DNA from: Convolutriloba macropyga
Lineage: Eukaryota
NCBI RefSeq assembly: GCF_964194025.1
Contig: NC_134482.1
Coordinates: 8,742,001 to 8,806,000, forward strand
DNA length: 64,000 nucleotides
Direction of reading: 5' to 3'
Numbering within the stretch: position 1 is the stretch's first letter; each line of letters starts with the position of its first letter. Below the pieces are notes generated by a model. The model had not been told where the DNA came from. It saw only the letters and a list, made by a program, of their open reading frames with translations, and did no database searches. A program made the position numbers and the translations under genes. Positions 23,870 to 37,149 of this stretch are shown piece by piece.

Positions 23870-25035
23870 ATGCTTCGAATGTGAAAACTCACTAACTGAT
23901 AACCAAAATAGAACACGAAAACTATTTGAAAGATACGTAGATGACATAATTTGCACGGTACAAGACGACCCCAATAATTTGTTTCAACTAATAAAAAATT
24001 TGCATAAGAAATCGGAATTCACAATGAAAAAAATGGATGAAAAACATGGACTTGCCTGGATATGGCAGTCTGTGTTGACGAACAGAGAAAAGTCTCTCGT
24101 AAATGGTACTAGAAGCCCACAGACACGAACAATCCTAAACGTCAGTAGTTACGTTCCCACCAGAATAAAAGAAATGTTATACAGGGTACTATCCATAGGC
24201 TTTTGCCATCTAAAAGCAACTGGCATTACTTTAATGAAGCCCTAAAAATCAATGAAAATATATGGCAAAAAAAATTAGTATCCACAAAAATGGTCGTCAG
24301 GTATTGTTAAAAAACAATTGAAAAATTTTAGGTGACTATAAAAAGACCGCAAAAAAAACAGCGGAAAACAAGTCAAACGATAAACTTACGCAGAGGGACA
24401 TATCCACATTTTTCTTACAGTATAGGGGCCTATTAAGTATAACACTCAAGGAAAAGCTGCAAAAGATAACAAATCTTACAGTGTTCTAAAACAACACGGG
24501 AACTGCAAACCAGTTTACCATCACTAAAGTCCAGTTTTGACCCCCATCTAAAATCGCACGATGTATACGAAATATTATAAAGTGGATTAAGTTCCACCTA
24601 AGTCGGGAAAACATAAAACCAAGAGGATTGCAGAGCACCAAAAAAGACGCACCAGTAGGTCAGCATTCAGCGAATGTTGTGGCACATCAAGCGCGTTTGA
24701 TTAGCGTATAATAGATCATAGCAATATACCACAAAAAATCAAGACTCTCGAAGCACTACACATAGCACAAAGGAAGTCAGTGGTGAACACGCGCGATGAG
24801 TACCGTAGCCAGGATTTGACAGTGAAAAATTAGTCAACAGTTGTCATAGCAGTCGTCGAAAGAGGTCAAAAGGTCAAAAGAAAAAAGAATTCAAAGACCT
24901 TTCATATATTTAAAGTGTTAAACTTTGTAAAACAGCAGGCACTGGCAGATTGTCAGAGAAAAAACGGATTCGATCTATTTGTAGATGTACAGTCCCAATA
25001 ATACCCTCAAAGTAAGACGGAAACATTTGTTGTAC
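23870..25035 (+). mobile_element. Penelope-like element relic (RT C-terminus plus GIY-YIG endonuclease)
   Basis: FERYVDDIICT...LHKKSEFTM (RT); VYEI..., VGKT, RIAEH, PVGQH and TLEALHI...VNTRDEY (GIY-YIG), stop at 24831-24833. Heavily frameshifted. Confidence 0.85.
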
Positions 25036-25502
25036 TAGTTACAGGGACGTCATACTTGATAATTATGTACTTAGAAATTGTACATTTTGAGATTTAAGTT
25101 TATCAAAATCCTCTCTATTGAACTCAAGACTATTCCATTTGTGCTCTTGACCTTATGACTACATTTTTTTGGTCTTGAACACAAAACAACTTTTTTTCTT
25201 TTTTGGTCGCAAAGCCAAAACCTTTACATTTTTTGGTTCTGATCTGCATTTGGTTTAGTTTTGAGTTGAAAATTATTTCTTTCCCCTCTTTTGGGCTGCA
25301 GCTCGAGAGGCTTCCATTTTTCTTGGTCTTGATCTTAAGACTTTATTATTTTGGTGTAAACTCAAGACTTTTGTCTTTGTTTTTCTTGAATAACCGACTC
25401 TTTTAAGGACTCTTTTTCTTGAATCATTTTCTTTTGTCCTTGGCGTTCATTTATAAACATGTGTAACTCATTATACATACGTTTTCCCGTTACGTAGTCA
25501 AG

Positions 25503-28500
25503 ATTCCTCAATAGTTGTCATCAAGACGCTCTATTAATAACTAATCTTAAATAGATGAACAATTATGGAACATTTTTTACGATTTAAAAAATCAGGTTTG
25601 TTGCTTAAGACTGACAAGGCAATGTCCTTTGCTTTTAACCAAATGTATAAGCTTTCGGTTTTTAAAATCTGAAAATTTGTTTTTTCACGCGCCAGAAAAA
25701 TTCTATGCTGAAACTGTTCGTTCCCGCAAATGACTGTATTTTCCATCCAAATCTTGGAACGCTTCTTGAGTGCTAATCCTTGTACAATTATGGCAAACGG
25801 TTTGTGCAATTTGACTCTCTTTTAAGTTTGATGAAGAGAAAAGGCAACGATGTAGGTCTTCATCACTTACAATTAATTTATTATTCATCGGCCATTGATA
25901 TATTTTACGAATGTTTTAATTCAACGCTTCTCTATAGTGCTGAAAGTTGCCCTCTGCTAATTTGAGGTTAACAATATTTAAAATCAGCAGGTTGCATGCA
26001 GCCAATGTAAAATATTAGAGAGTCCATATGTCTAATTTGGCGCTTTGCCAGCAATAATAATCTATTCTTCAACAGTTTTTGTTTTACTACTAGCTTTTTG
26101 TGGCTTTTTTCTGGTTTTTGGAGTTTTTGTTGCTACTGTTTTTTTCCAGTATACTCTTTCGGTTGCGAAAAAACTTCTCCTCCTCACTCGGCAATTTTTT
26201 TGCCTTCTGCTGCCCTTAAGCGTTTCTGGCTTTGATTCCTTAGCTTCATTCTCAGACGTGTGATTTGTGGCATTTAAGGAATTGTTTTTATTCTCAGCTT
26301 CAGAGTGATTTTCTGAGTTTAGATTACTTTTACTGTTTGTGGATGATTCTTTTTCAATCACATCTTTGTCGTCTGAGCTGTTCAAATTGATAATTTTCGC
26401 CTCCTCCTCAATTTCCGCATTCCTCAATAGTTGTCATCAAGACGCTCTATTAATAACTAATCTTAAATAGATGAACAATTATGGAAAATTTTTTACGATT
26501 TAAAAAATGAGGTTTGTTGCTTAAGACTGACAAGGCAATGTCCTTTGCTTTTAACCAAATGTATAAGCTTTCGGTTTTTAAAATCTGGAAATTTGTTTTT
26601 TCACGCGCCAGAAAAATTCCATGCTGAAACTGTTCGTTCCCGCAAATGACTGTATTTTCCATCCAAATCTTGGAACGCTTCTTGACTGCTAATCCTTGTA
26701 CAATTATGGCAAACGGTTTGTGCAATTTGACTCTCTTTTAAGTTTGATGAAGAGAAAAGGCAACGATGTAGGTCTTCATCACTTACAATTAATTTATTAT
26801 TCATCGGCCATTGATATATTTTACGAATGTTTTAATTCAACGCTTCTCTATAGTGCTGAAAATTGCCCTCTGCTAATTTGAGGTTAACAATATTTAAAAT
26901 CAGCAGGTTGCATGCAGCCAATGTAAAATATTAGAAAGTCCATATGTCTAATAGAAGAAGAAGCCTGACGCTCTTTTAACACAAAAACTGCTAAGCACAA
27001 AAAAGGAAGCTTTGTTATTGTTGCGACCATCTTTGCACTTTTATGAACAAATAGAAGGAATCCTGCTCGTTCCATGTGAGTTCCTTTCTCGAAAAGCATT
27101 AGTGACTCACAATGTTTTTTGATCTTTCAACCTTTATTTGAATTACGAGTCGCTAAATTTCACATTGGAGCAAATTTCAAATTTTCACAAAATTTTCCCT
27201 ATTTTAGAGCAGTTTGAATTTATAGGGGTCAATAACGCTTGAGAGAAACATTTAAATGGTAATTTTACATTTACTAGTTAGTTGTCAGTTCTGATTTTTC
27301 CCCGGTGTGGAAAACACCTGATACTCCGGTTATTTTCACTTGATGTCCACACAAACTGATAATTTTTTCATATGAAATTTTGGATGCAAAATTGTCATGT
27401 TTCTTTTTGTTTAAAATCTTTTTGCTGATGAAGGTGGTCTTGTTGATACCAAAATTTTAGCAGGGTCCTCCTTATTTAAGTGTTTGATCGTTTGACATGC
27501 TTGCTTGCCTCAATTTTCAAAAAAAACTACTAAGTTGTCCTCAAAATATGTGGTTTTGATGAAAACAGTTTTCGAGAAACCCAGAGGAATCTTAAATTTC
27601 AATAGGTTTCTTTGTAGCAGCTTTCCCCAAGTTGTTAAGATTTAAATTTTTGCATTAACTAACACATTTGCAATAAGTAACACATTTGCAACCCTGTAGG
27701 TGAAACCCATTCTACAAGCTCAGCGTAAATAGCGCCTTCGCTCCCATTATTTATGAAGTTTGACTATGCACCTCGACATAAGTGTTCGCCTGTCGTTAAA
27801 ATTTTTCAGCTAATGACATGTTGACTTTAAAGGTCCTATCTCCAAAATCTGGTATGGCAAAGTTTTTGTTCTGCCAAGTGTTTTTACAAATTCCTGGGTT
27901 TCAAAGGTTTTTGATTTTAGTCGTTTTCATTTTTCTGTAACGAAAACGACATCGTCATAAACCTTGCTTTTTTAAGCGCAGAATCTGTATTTGCCGTTTA
28001 TTCATGCAGAATTTTAGTTCAATCTCAAGCTAAACTCAGCATACATCAAACCATATTTTTCAATTGTTTTCGATACTCGAATTCTTTTTTTCACAGTTTG
28101 TTAAAAATAATATTGCAGTTTGTAAAATCATAACCGTATATCTTGATACAAGAAGGTGAAGGAAAAGCAAAATGGATAGCAATGCCAGATGCAAACATGG
28201 TGTCACTCGATCAACTGATGCTCGCCTTTCTTGTCGATTCCGTTATTTTTTTCTAAAATTTTCTGAAACAGAAGCATCATCAGATTTCCGACTGCCTAGG
28301 TACTCTTCGTCTTGCTCATGAAAATAATTCTGTAATTTTTCAGACCGATTTTAGTTGGCTGCTAAGACTAGCAGCTTTTTTTGGTGCTTTGCCATCAATA
28401 ATAAACTATTCTTCAACAGTTTTTGTTTTACTACTAGCTTTTTGTGGCTTTTTTCTGGTTTTTGGAGTTTTTGTTGCTACTGTTTTTTTCCAGTATACTC

Positions 28501-29261
28501 TTTCGGTTGCGAAAAAACTTCTCCTCCTCACTCGGCAATTTTTTTGCCTTCTGCTGCCCTTAAGCGTTTCTTGCTTTGATTCCTTAGCTTCATTCTCAGA
28601 CGTGTGATTTGTGGCATTTAAGGAATTGTTTTTATTCTCAGCTTCAGAGTGATTTTCTGAGTTTAGATTACTTTTACTGTTTGTGGATGATTCTGTTTCA
28701 ATCACATCTTTGTCGTCTGAGCTGTTCAAATTGATAATTTCCGCCTCCTCCTCAATTTCCGCATTCCTCAATAGTTGTCATCAAGACGCTCTATTAATAA
28801 CTAATCTTAAATAGATGAACAATTATGGAAATTTTTTTACGATTTAAAAAATGAGGTTCGTTGCTTAAGACTGACAAGGCAATGTCCTTTGCTTTTAACC
28901 AAATGTATAAGCTTTCGGTTTTTAAAATCTGAAAATTTGTTTTTTCACGCGCCAGAAAAATTCTATGCTGAAACTGTTCGTTCCCGCAAATGACTGTATT
29001 TTCCATCCAAATCTTGGAACGCTTCTTGAGTGCTAATCCTTGTACAATTATGGCAAACGGTTTGTGCAATTTGACTCTCTTTTAAGTTTGATGAAGAGAA
29101 AAGGCAACGATGTAGGTCTTCATCACTTACAATTAATTTATTATTCATTGGCCATTGATATATTTTACGAATGTTTTAATTCAACGCTTCTCTATAGTGC
29201 TGAAAATCGCCCTCTGCTAATTTGAGGTTAACAATATTTAAAATCAGCAGGTTGCATGCAG
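25503..29261. repeat. Nested direct repeats in the 3' part of the Gypsy element
   Basis: 25503-26034 matches 26419-26950 (offset 916); 26037-26917 matches 28381-29261 (offset 2344). Few substitutions; paired ORFs in the track. Confidence 0.92.
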
Positions 29262-32200
29262 TGCTCCTCCTTTTTTGCCGTTGTGTTAGAAACTAACAAC
29301 TCTTCTCCTACTTTATAGCTCGGTCCATACTTACTACAACGATAATATGTCTTTTTGGTGTTCTTGTTAGACGTCATATAATTTCTTGCATCAACTGATG
29401 CGTTTCCTGTAGTTTTGGTTTCATTATAAAAACAAAGGCACTTGGATTTGAAAAAAATTGCGGACTGTGGTGAACTATTAATGCAGTCTATAGGAAGAGA
29501 CAATGGGAAACCCAATACCATATAAGCTTGGTTGTATTTTTGTTACACTATGAATGGATGATCAATAGACCATCATCACTAAAGGCAGAAACTTGACCCA
29601 CTCATGTTGATATTGGCCTATATATTAGGAGCTGCGTTCTGCTATTGTTCAATTTCTTTTTTCAATAATAGCGTTTCCTGTGGATGGTAGCATGTTATTT
29701 ACGTCCTCTGAGTTCGTAGTTCACTGCAAAGACTACAAACAATTTTGACATAAAGTTTAACCCTTGATCCTTGTGTGGGTTGATTGGACAGCCGAATCTC
29801 ACTATCCAGTGTTCAACAAAAATCTCTTGCAACGGTTTTTGTTTCTTGATTGGGTGAAACTACGGTTTGGTACCACTTACTGAATTGATCATCCATAAGC
29901 AAAATGTAATTGTTTACTAAGAGTCAGGAAGTTGACCCATGATATCGAGAGATACTTGCCAAAATGGATGACTAGGATTCCATTTTGTGAATTTATATCA
30001 ATGTTTCTGCTTAGTGTTTTTTTATGCTCACGCCACATCTTTCCATCTAACTCTTCCGTCATTTCTAATGCGCAGCCAAAAAAATCTTTCGCAGGCCCTT
30101 TCCTATGTTTTTCCGAGCGTTTGGCAAGCAGTTTCAAAGTTACGTTCTGTTTGATGTTTTTGATACAAAATCCCTTTCATCAGACAAAGATTTGTAAACT
30201 GGACCCAGTAAACCATAACTCCTTTGATGCTCCACTTTAACTAGCCGTGGTTCTGGTTTTTTATTTAATACGCAGGAGTATAATTCTTTAGGTGGTTTGT
30301 CACTTTGCTGCTAATATCGCAATTTTTTCTCTGCTGTTGGTGTAGCTGTCTATTGACAACCATAGTCAGTATTGTCTTGCTCTTCGTCCAACGCAATATC
30401 GTTAACAAACGCCGTTTACTCATCATATGTGTTCATGCACGACAGATAGTTGGAGTGAGAGATTTTTTCCTGCTCTTTGCTTGATGTCTAAATCAATTTC
30501 TCCAACTTCCTCGAACCATCTTGGGACCATACCGTCTGGTTCTGTAAAACCATAGACCCAGACAAGAGCACAGCGGTCCGATACATTTGAAAAGTGCTGA
30601 ACAAATTTGTAGTTTTTAACAGTTTCTTGAAATTTGATTTTTTAAACCTTAGTCCATTCTCAGCTAAATGTTGGAAAACCAGTTCAAACCGTTTGAGATG
30701 CTCGTTAAAATTTTTGCCGGTAATGATAACGTCATTTAGATAAACTAGAGCCATTTCGTACGAAAAACAAGCAAAATTCATTCCATAGGTTTTTGAAAAA
30801 GCTCCGTTTAGACGCTAGTCCCATAAAAAGTGTTTTACTCTTATACCGGCCCAGAGGCCTTTAAAAAACTGTTTATATTTGACTCTCTTCCTTCAGCGCC
30901 ATCTGAAAGTATCCCGACAAAAGATCTGTATTCGGGAAGTAAATGTTGTCCTCCACAGAATCAATAACGTCATTGATTCGTGGGAAAGGCCAGCATGTTT
31001 TCGTTAATGGTTTGTTCAGACCACAAAAAGCTACAACCAAGCGATAGGTTCCAATTTTTTTGGTACCAGTAATGCCGTTGAATATGAATGTTTTGGTTCG
31101 AACAAGTCATTTCTTTCCAGTTCTTCATCATTTTTTTATTTCCTCAAAACTCATCCTGCCGTATGCACGTCTGAATGGCAGAGCATCCTCTTTATGATAA
31201 CTTTGATTGCAAAATCCAATATCGTTTGAACTTTGCAAAGATATTATCTCATATTTTGTGCAATGTGACCTCACTTTTTCATTTCCTCACAAAACAAATT
31301 CAATGAACCTGCGTTTGCATGCTTTTCAAATCCATTTTTTTTTCTAGATTTTGTATTATTGTCAGAGTTTTTATGCTGTATTCTTATATTTCCTGATTTT
31401 TTCTCCACACGCGACTTTCACATTATTGTAAAATTCCCTTTGTTCTATTGTAGGGTTAGAACTTGAACCCATACGACATCATCAAATAAATCAATCTAGC
31501 AGTCTCGCTACTAGGAGACGTGATTTGTCTTCAAAATCTTATATGGGTTCAACAATAACTTCAATTTGTTGTGTTTTGCTACCTTCTTCATCAAAAATTC
31601 TGCTTTTCATTAAATCTTTGCAGCGATAAAGTAAATTGTTGTCCTCTGCAGCAACAAAGAACAGATTTTTGTTACTTCGTTGTAATGAGGACGATTTTAG
31701 TGTTTCCCCAATATTTAAGCACAACAGACAATTTTTTCTGGTGTTTAAAATACAGTCAAAATTGTATAAAAAATCCATGCCGGATAAGCAAAGCGTTATC
31801 TTAATTGTGATCCGTAGGAACTAAACTGTTATTTCAGATTTAAATTGTTGAAGGCGGATTTGGTTAGCTGTTGACCACTTTACAGGCATTTTCCTATTGT
31901 TGGTAGCTATTATTTTTTTATTGTACACTCTGATAATGCTCACTTCTCACAGTTGCTGGTAGAGTGTATCGCCTAAAACATTAGCACTACTACGTTCAAT
32001 TAAGGCAGATATCGGTATAAATTCTCTTATCCTTATTTTTGCAAACAATGCCTCAACCGATCTGTTTCCTTCAAACAAAGTATTAACCTAGCCCGCTGAA
32101 AGAGATGCCCTGCCAACTTCAGCTAGTTCTCATTTAACTACGGATAAAACTGTTTCAAATAATTTGTTCTCCAACATTCGAAACAGCTCTCGCATTCCTT

Positions 32201-32864
32201 AGATTCATGACTTTACTGACCGCAACGGCAACATTTTACTTTTTAAAATTCATCGCTGTTTTTGAGAAACTGGCACAAATCTAGATTCCTGGTGTTGGCG
32301 ATTGCGCTCTTTTGACGTAATTGTTTTGTCTATTATCAGCCTGTTAGAAAGATCAGTCGGTAATGCTAGCACTAAGTCATGAATCGAATAAACTAGTTGA
32401 GAACCTTCATTCGACTGGACGGCACAAACCCGCGACTCATTGTCCTCCTCCTCAAATCTCTTCAAAGTTTAGTGATCGATCAAGCTCTTTATCCAGTCAT
32501 ATCTGCGTCGCCCACGTTCATTCACAGGTCGAGTATCATCTATTTTCTATGTTTTCGACTAGTTCCCTCAAGAAGAGATGATTTTGGCCCCATTCACTGT
32601 TTCGGTTGTGGCCGCATTCACTGTTTTTTTTCTTTGCCGTTTTGGAATCGTGACAAGAGCTCAAAGTGTGTGACATAATTTTTAAAATTATTTGAGCCCA
32701 TAAAAGGCTCCTGTAAAATCGTTTTTGAGAAGTGCCATCCGTGTTTTAATTAAAAGCTGCTGTTATTCAAACTATTTCACTAATTCTCTTCGAAACCCGA
32801 ACTAATTTCTGACACACTAACTCAACAGCATTTAACTCTTATCGACACTGTAATTCTTTCTTGA

Positions 32865-33453
32865 AAAAAATATAAAAAAAACACGGGTTCAATGGTATAT
32901 TTTAAATCAATTTATGTCGAATTCAATTATGGATGATTTTAATCGATATTTTATTATCGACAAAAACGTGTACGACCCAATATATACTATTCAAAATATT
33001 AGGGAAAAGATTTTAAAAATAAAAAAAATACACGGGTTCAATGGTATATTTTAAGTCAAATTATATCGAATTCAGTTATGGATGATTTTAATCGATATTT
33101 TATTATCGACAAAAACGTGTACGTCCCAATTTATACTATTCGAAATATTAGGGAAAAAATTTTAAAAATAAAAAAAAATACACGGGTTCAATGGTATATT
33201 TTAAGTCAAATTATGTCGAATTCAATTATGGATGATTTTAATCGATATTTTATTATCAACAAAAACGTGTACGACCCAATTTATACTATTCGAAATATTA
33301 GAGAAAAAATTTTAAAGAATAAAAAGAATACACGGGTTCAATGGTATATTTTCAGTCAAATGATGTCGAATTCAATTATGGATGATTTTGATCGATATTT
33401 TATTATCGGCGAAAACGTGTACGACCCATTTTATACTATTCGAAATATTAGGG
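32865..33453. repeat. 150-bp tandem repeat, ~4 units
   Basis: cacgggttcaatggtatattt at 32882, 33031, 33181 and 33331. Confidence 0.95.
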
Positions 33454-34999
33454 AGTACTCACTTGAGAATTCGGTGATGGCAGTTTTTGTTGTCAAATCC
33501 TTTGGCCGCGAAATCAAGACACTTTCTCTTTGGCCGCGATGTCAAGACATCAGACTCGAGTTAAAAATCGGTCTCCACTATAGCAGCCACCCGTGCGCAA
33601 TATTTTTATCTTTAATTAATTGAGTGAGCGTGGTACTTGTCTAAAATATGAAGTTGGAAGTTAATTTAATAAGTAGATTAATGCAGAAGAATAATTGGTT
33701 TAGTTGAAGGAAAGTTCAATGGAATGGTTAGCTCTGATGATACGTTTGTTGTTCAGTTAATGATTTATATTCTCCTTTTGGTCAGTATCCAATATCGATT
33801 CTATCATTGTGGTAAATTAACCAAGTCAACAAAGATATGTCAGCTTTGTTGATATTAATCGAAGCCCTAATTTTGTCTAATCAAATGTCTGTTTTGTTTT
33901 CTTTACACATGTCAAAATTTTGCCAGCCAGGTCATAAGATAAATTTTAAACTGAATCTTGGCCTTGAAACCCAATATTTTTAGTACATCTTTTTTACATA
34001 CGTGTGACTTTCACAAAATGGCTAAAGTTCGCACGCAGGAAGTGATTTCTTTCCGTAAACCAATACTAATATCAGTCAATCTCTTAAGTCTGCTGGAAAA
34101 GTGTTGTGGAATATTTTTTCTGAGTGGAAAGGAAGAATGGTTCCTGCTTGTCTTGACTATCTTTACCCTTTGCTCATTCATTCCTACTACAGTTCTATAT
34201 CTTTTTTAAGAACTATACTTAAAATCTCATTCGCATTTTTTGAAGACCAGTAGGCGAACTGAGTGTTGACTGTCAACCCATACTTTTTGGTTATAAAATT
34301 GATTAACAAAACCCATAGTCAAATCGCATTAAAATTCTGAATCGTACGCTGAAGGACATTTCTTTTAGTGATGCGGTGCACAGCTACAAAATTTAGCGTA
34401 ACGTTGAGGGACACCATTTGCTCTTCATTTCATTAACAAATATACTCTAAGTGGATAATGGCAATCTTTCCTGTTAGTTTAATGTCTGCAACTGAAAAAC
34501 TTTTGAAAAATGTAATGAAATTTCATTCAGATTCATAGCTGGCTTCCTGTATCAAGAGCCCAGGCATAAAATGAGTTGAAGAAAGATTTGTGGTGTTTTA
34601 TAAGCTGCCTTAAATTGACCTTCAGAAAAAAGCCCTCTACTCAATCGACCTTATCCCTCTCAATTAATGCAAGCAGAAGTGTCATCATGAGCCGTACTAA
34701 TTTTGTGATAAAATATCCGACGGAAAATTTCAATACTTTCAATACAGGTGTTTTTTTGCTGGTTTTCTTTGTAAAAATAATGAATGACAGTTGTCAATAA
34801 AGCCATGGACCTGATTTTGAACAAACTAAATGACAAATACGTTTTTTTGGGTCCCACAGGAACCCAAAAAACGTGTTTGTCATTTTGGAAATTGTCGATT
34901 TGTTCAAGCAGATTTTTGGCAAAATTGGCAGTTTGCAAGTAAGAATTTTTGCTGAATATGGCAGTTCTGTTACGGAATTTTAAATATATTTGTTTTAAA

Positions 35000-36900
35000 T
35001 AAATTTTCATACCAATATTTTTTTGGTATACTGGTGTTCAAAGGTTTCCATCGAAGAAAGACCAACATCTTTACCGTGGTAGAGTTTAGACAACAAGAGT
35101 AGGTCGTTGAGCTGCAAAAGATAGGAAGATGAGGCAAATTATTGGTATCATATTCTCCAAGTACGAATAACACCCGCAACCAGTTATCCACTTCAGGGCT
35201 CTTTTCTCAAAGATTTCATGTCTCATACTTACCCGAGATGGATGCCAAGTGCTCATCATAATTAAGACATAGTTAAGAAATAACTAAAGACTTGCAATCA
35301 CAGATTTTCACTCTCAGGGCCTAATTCTTCCAGAGATGTCTCTTAGAAAATAGTATGCGGGGTTAGCAATCAAGATTTTGCACTCTGGGTTGCTTGGTTG
35401 TTTCCACACATCTAAATTAATCAATATTTTCCCAAAGGACGCTTTGACTGATATCGCGTATTGTTTCTGTTTCGTGAATCAATTGTTTCTAACTCCAGTT
35501 TGCTGCTTTTCTCTACGTCTCGGGGTAGAGATTTTTGCTCAGAACATTTTCGACTATACTTTTAAGATACAGTGGAGACGCACGTACATTTATTAGGGCT
35601 AGCTTTTTTGCGATTTTTGCAAATATATTGCTTGCAACTTGAGATGTGATTTGAGGATTTCTAAGATATTGCCTCTAAATCTTAGGGACCAAATCTTGGT
35701 TGGTAGCACCTTATGCGATACAGTGTTAAAAGCTTTATCAAAAACGAGATACAGAACGCGTAGTTCTTTAATCGGTTCTTGATTGTTATCTTCGTAAACT
35801 TTGTCCAGGAAATATAATCAGTTGTAGCGTTGCCGTTCGTCATTTTCTGACGCTATACTTAATTGGATGAAATGTTGATCGAAGAAGCAATAAATATAAT
35901 CAAATAGAAGTTTTTCAAGAGCTTTTCAGTAGCAACAGAGGAGGCGAATGGGACGGTAGCATGCTACATTAACTTTGTTGTTTTTTTGGATATTGGTGTT
36001 ACTGGGCTTATGCTCTCATAATTTGTTAGTTTGGCACCCGGCTGGTTCGTTGGTATTTAAATCCGGTACTATTCTGCCAATACGTTTCGCTGTTCAATTA
36101 AATGTGTTTCTTTCACTCATACGTTTATTTCCGACATGCTTATTAGAGTTACTGAAGACCTATGCCAAGTAGTGGTTGAGGAGGCCAGCCTTTTGACCCT
36201 CTTTTGATGCTTCTGGTTTTTCAAGATCGGTGGTCGGGGGTATTTAGGGCGTTTTTTGTTTACATTTTAAATGTGCCTGTGTTTTAACAAAATTTATTTT
36301 TCGAAAGCCAATTCTTCGTATTCTGTGAGTTCCTTTTTAAGAATCCTATTTGATATTTGTTTCATGGAGCTTTATTTTATTTAGTTTGCTTAAACTTTGA
36401 CGTTGTTTGTTAGATTAATCAGCTGAGTTAAAACTTATCATGTGAATCTTGAAATCCAAGCAAATAGGTTGCATCTATGTTTGAATGTGCGTGGAATTTT
36501 TTCATCTATTTTCTCGCAAAACCATGTAAACAATAGTCGTCAACATTACTGAAACAAAACAGTGGGAAAAGTTTAGGGACTATAATTTTACTAAGTGCAT
36601 CCCCATCTGCATTTTTGAAAGCGTATTTTTCGTTAGGTACAAAAAAATAAAGTTTTCTAAAGTTGGTCGCTATAAAAGTTGTCCCGTATTTTGGGAAATT
36701 TCAGTTGTTTGGTCTAAATTCATTTTAAAGACTAATATCAGAATTGCAGTTGACAATAGAATTTGGACTATAAGTTAAAACCTATAGTCCAAATTTCATT
36801 AAGTTTATTTCAAAATCACAACAATTAGATTAAAACACTAAATTTTCCGATTTTTTAAAGCCATGGGTATCATGTTTTAAAGTCTTTATTCAGAGGTTTC
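35000..36900 (-). mobile_element. Old CR1/L2-group LINE ORF2 relic
   Basis: YRPIRLLCC*KALEKLLFDYIY (~35890-35960) and VLYLVFDKAFNTVSHKVL...FRGNIL (~35660-35760). Many stops; boundaries approximate. Confidence 0.7.
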
Positions 36901-37149
36901 CTATGTTGGAGCATAGAGTTGATAATTTCTGTTTTGTTATGTACAAGAAAAGAACCAAAAAGTGTGACCAACTTTTTTTTTATAACTGAAATTTATGCGT
37001 CAATTACTGACAGGAATACACGTCACTTGTGTTATATTCCCGTTAAGCTTGGTAATGAAAAAAAAAGTAGCTTCAATGGCCAATTTATTAACTCCGATAC
37101 AAGCGACTAGTAATTCCCATTCTAAACTACGTGTTGTACAAAACCATCA

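Larger units (their letters stand above)
25050..33600 (-). mobile_element. Decayed Ty3/Gypsy LTR retrotransposon (gag, protease, RT, integrase, 3' extra region); outer boundaries approximate
   Basis: gag start ATG at 32738 (..EPFMGSNNFKNYVTHFELL); CCHC knuckle CRCGQxSHESKEC at ~32190-32235; protease C-terminus GMDFL at ~31770; RT LVYLNDVIITGKNFNEHLKRFELVF (30488..30781); integrase remnants ~29260-29900 (HEWVKFLPLVMM, YKVGE). No LTR pair found. Confidence 0.8.

Noticed and set aside
26037-29261. 880-bp direct repeats as LTRs of a TRIM/LARD
   Set aside because: No convincing TG...CA ends, PBS, PPT or TSD; the content looks like coding remnants and fits a triplication.
32865-33453. CRISPR-like array (also considered for 50-64 kb)
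   Set aside because: No short constant repeat with unique spacers, no cas genes, eukaryotic context.
33078-33623. 181-aa ORF with 50-aa repeats
   Set aside because: By-product of a 150-bp (multiple of 3) tandem repeat; no recognisable domain.
36761-36794. 12-bp perfect inverted repeat ATTTGGACTATA/TATAGTCCAAAT
   Set aside because: Single instance within a decayed LINE; probably a local template-switch inversion.
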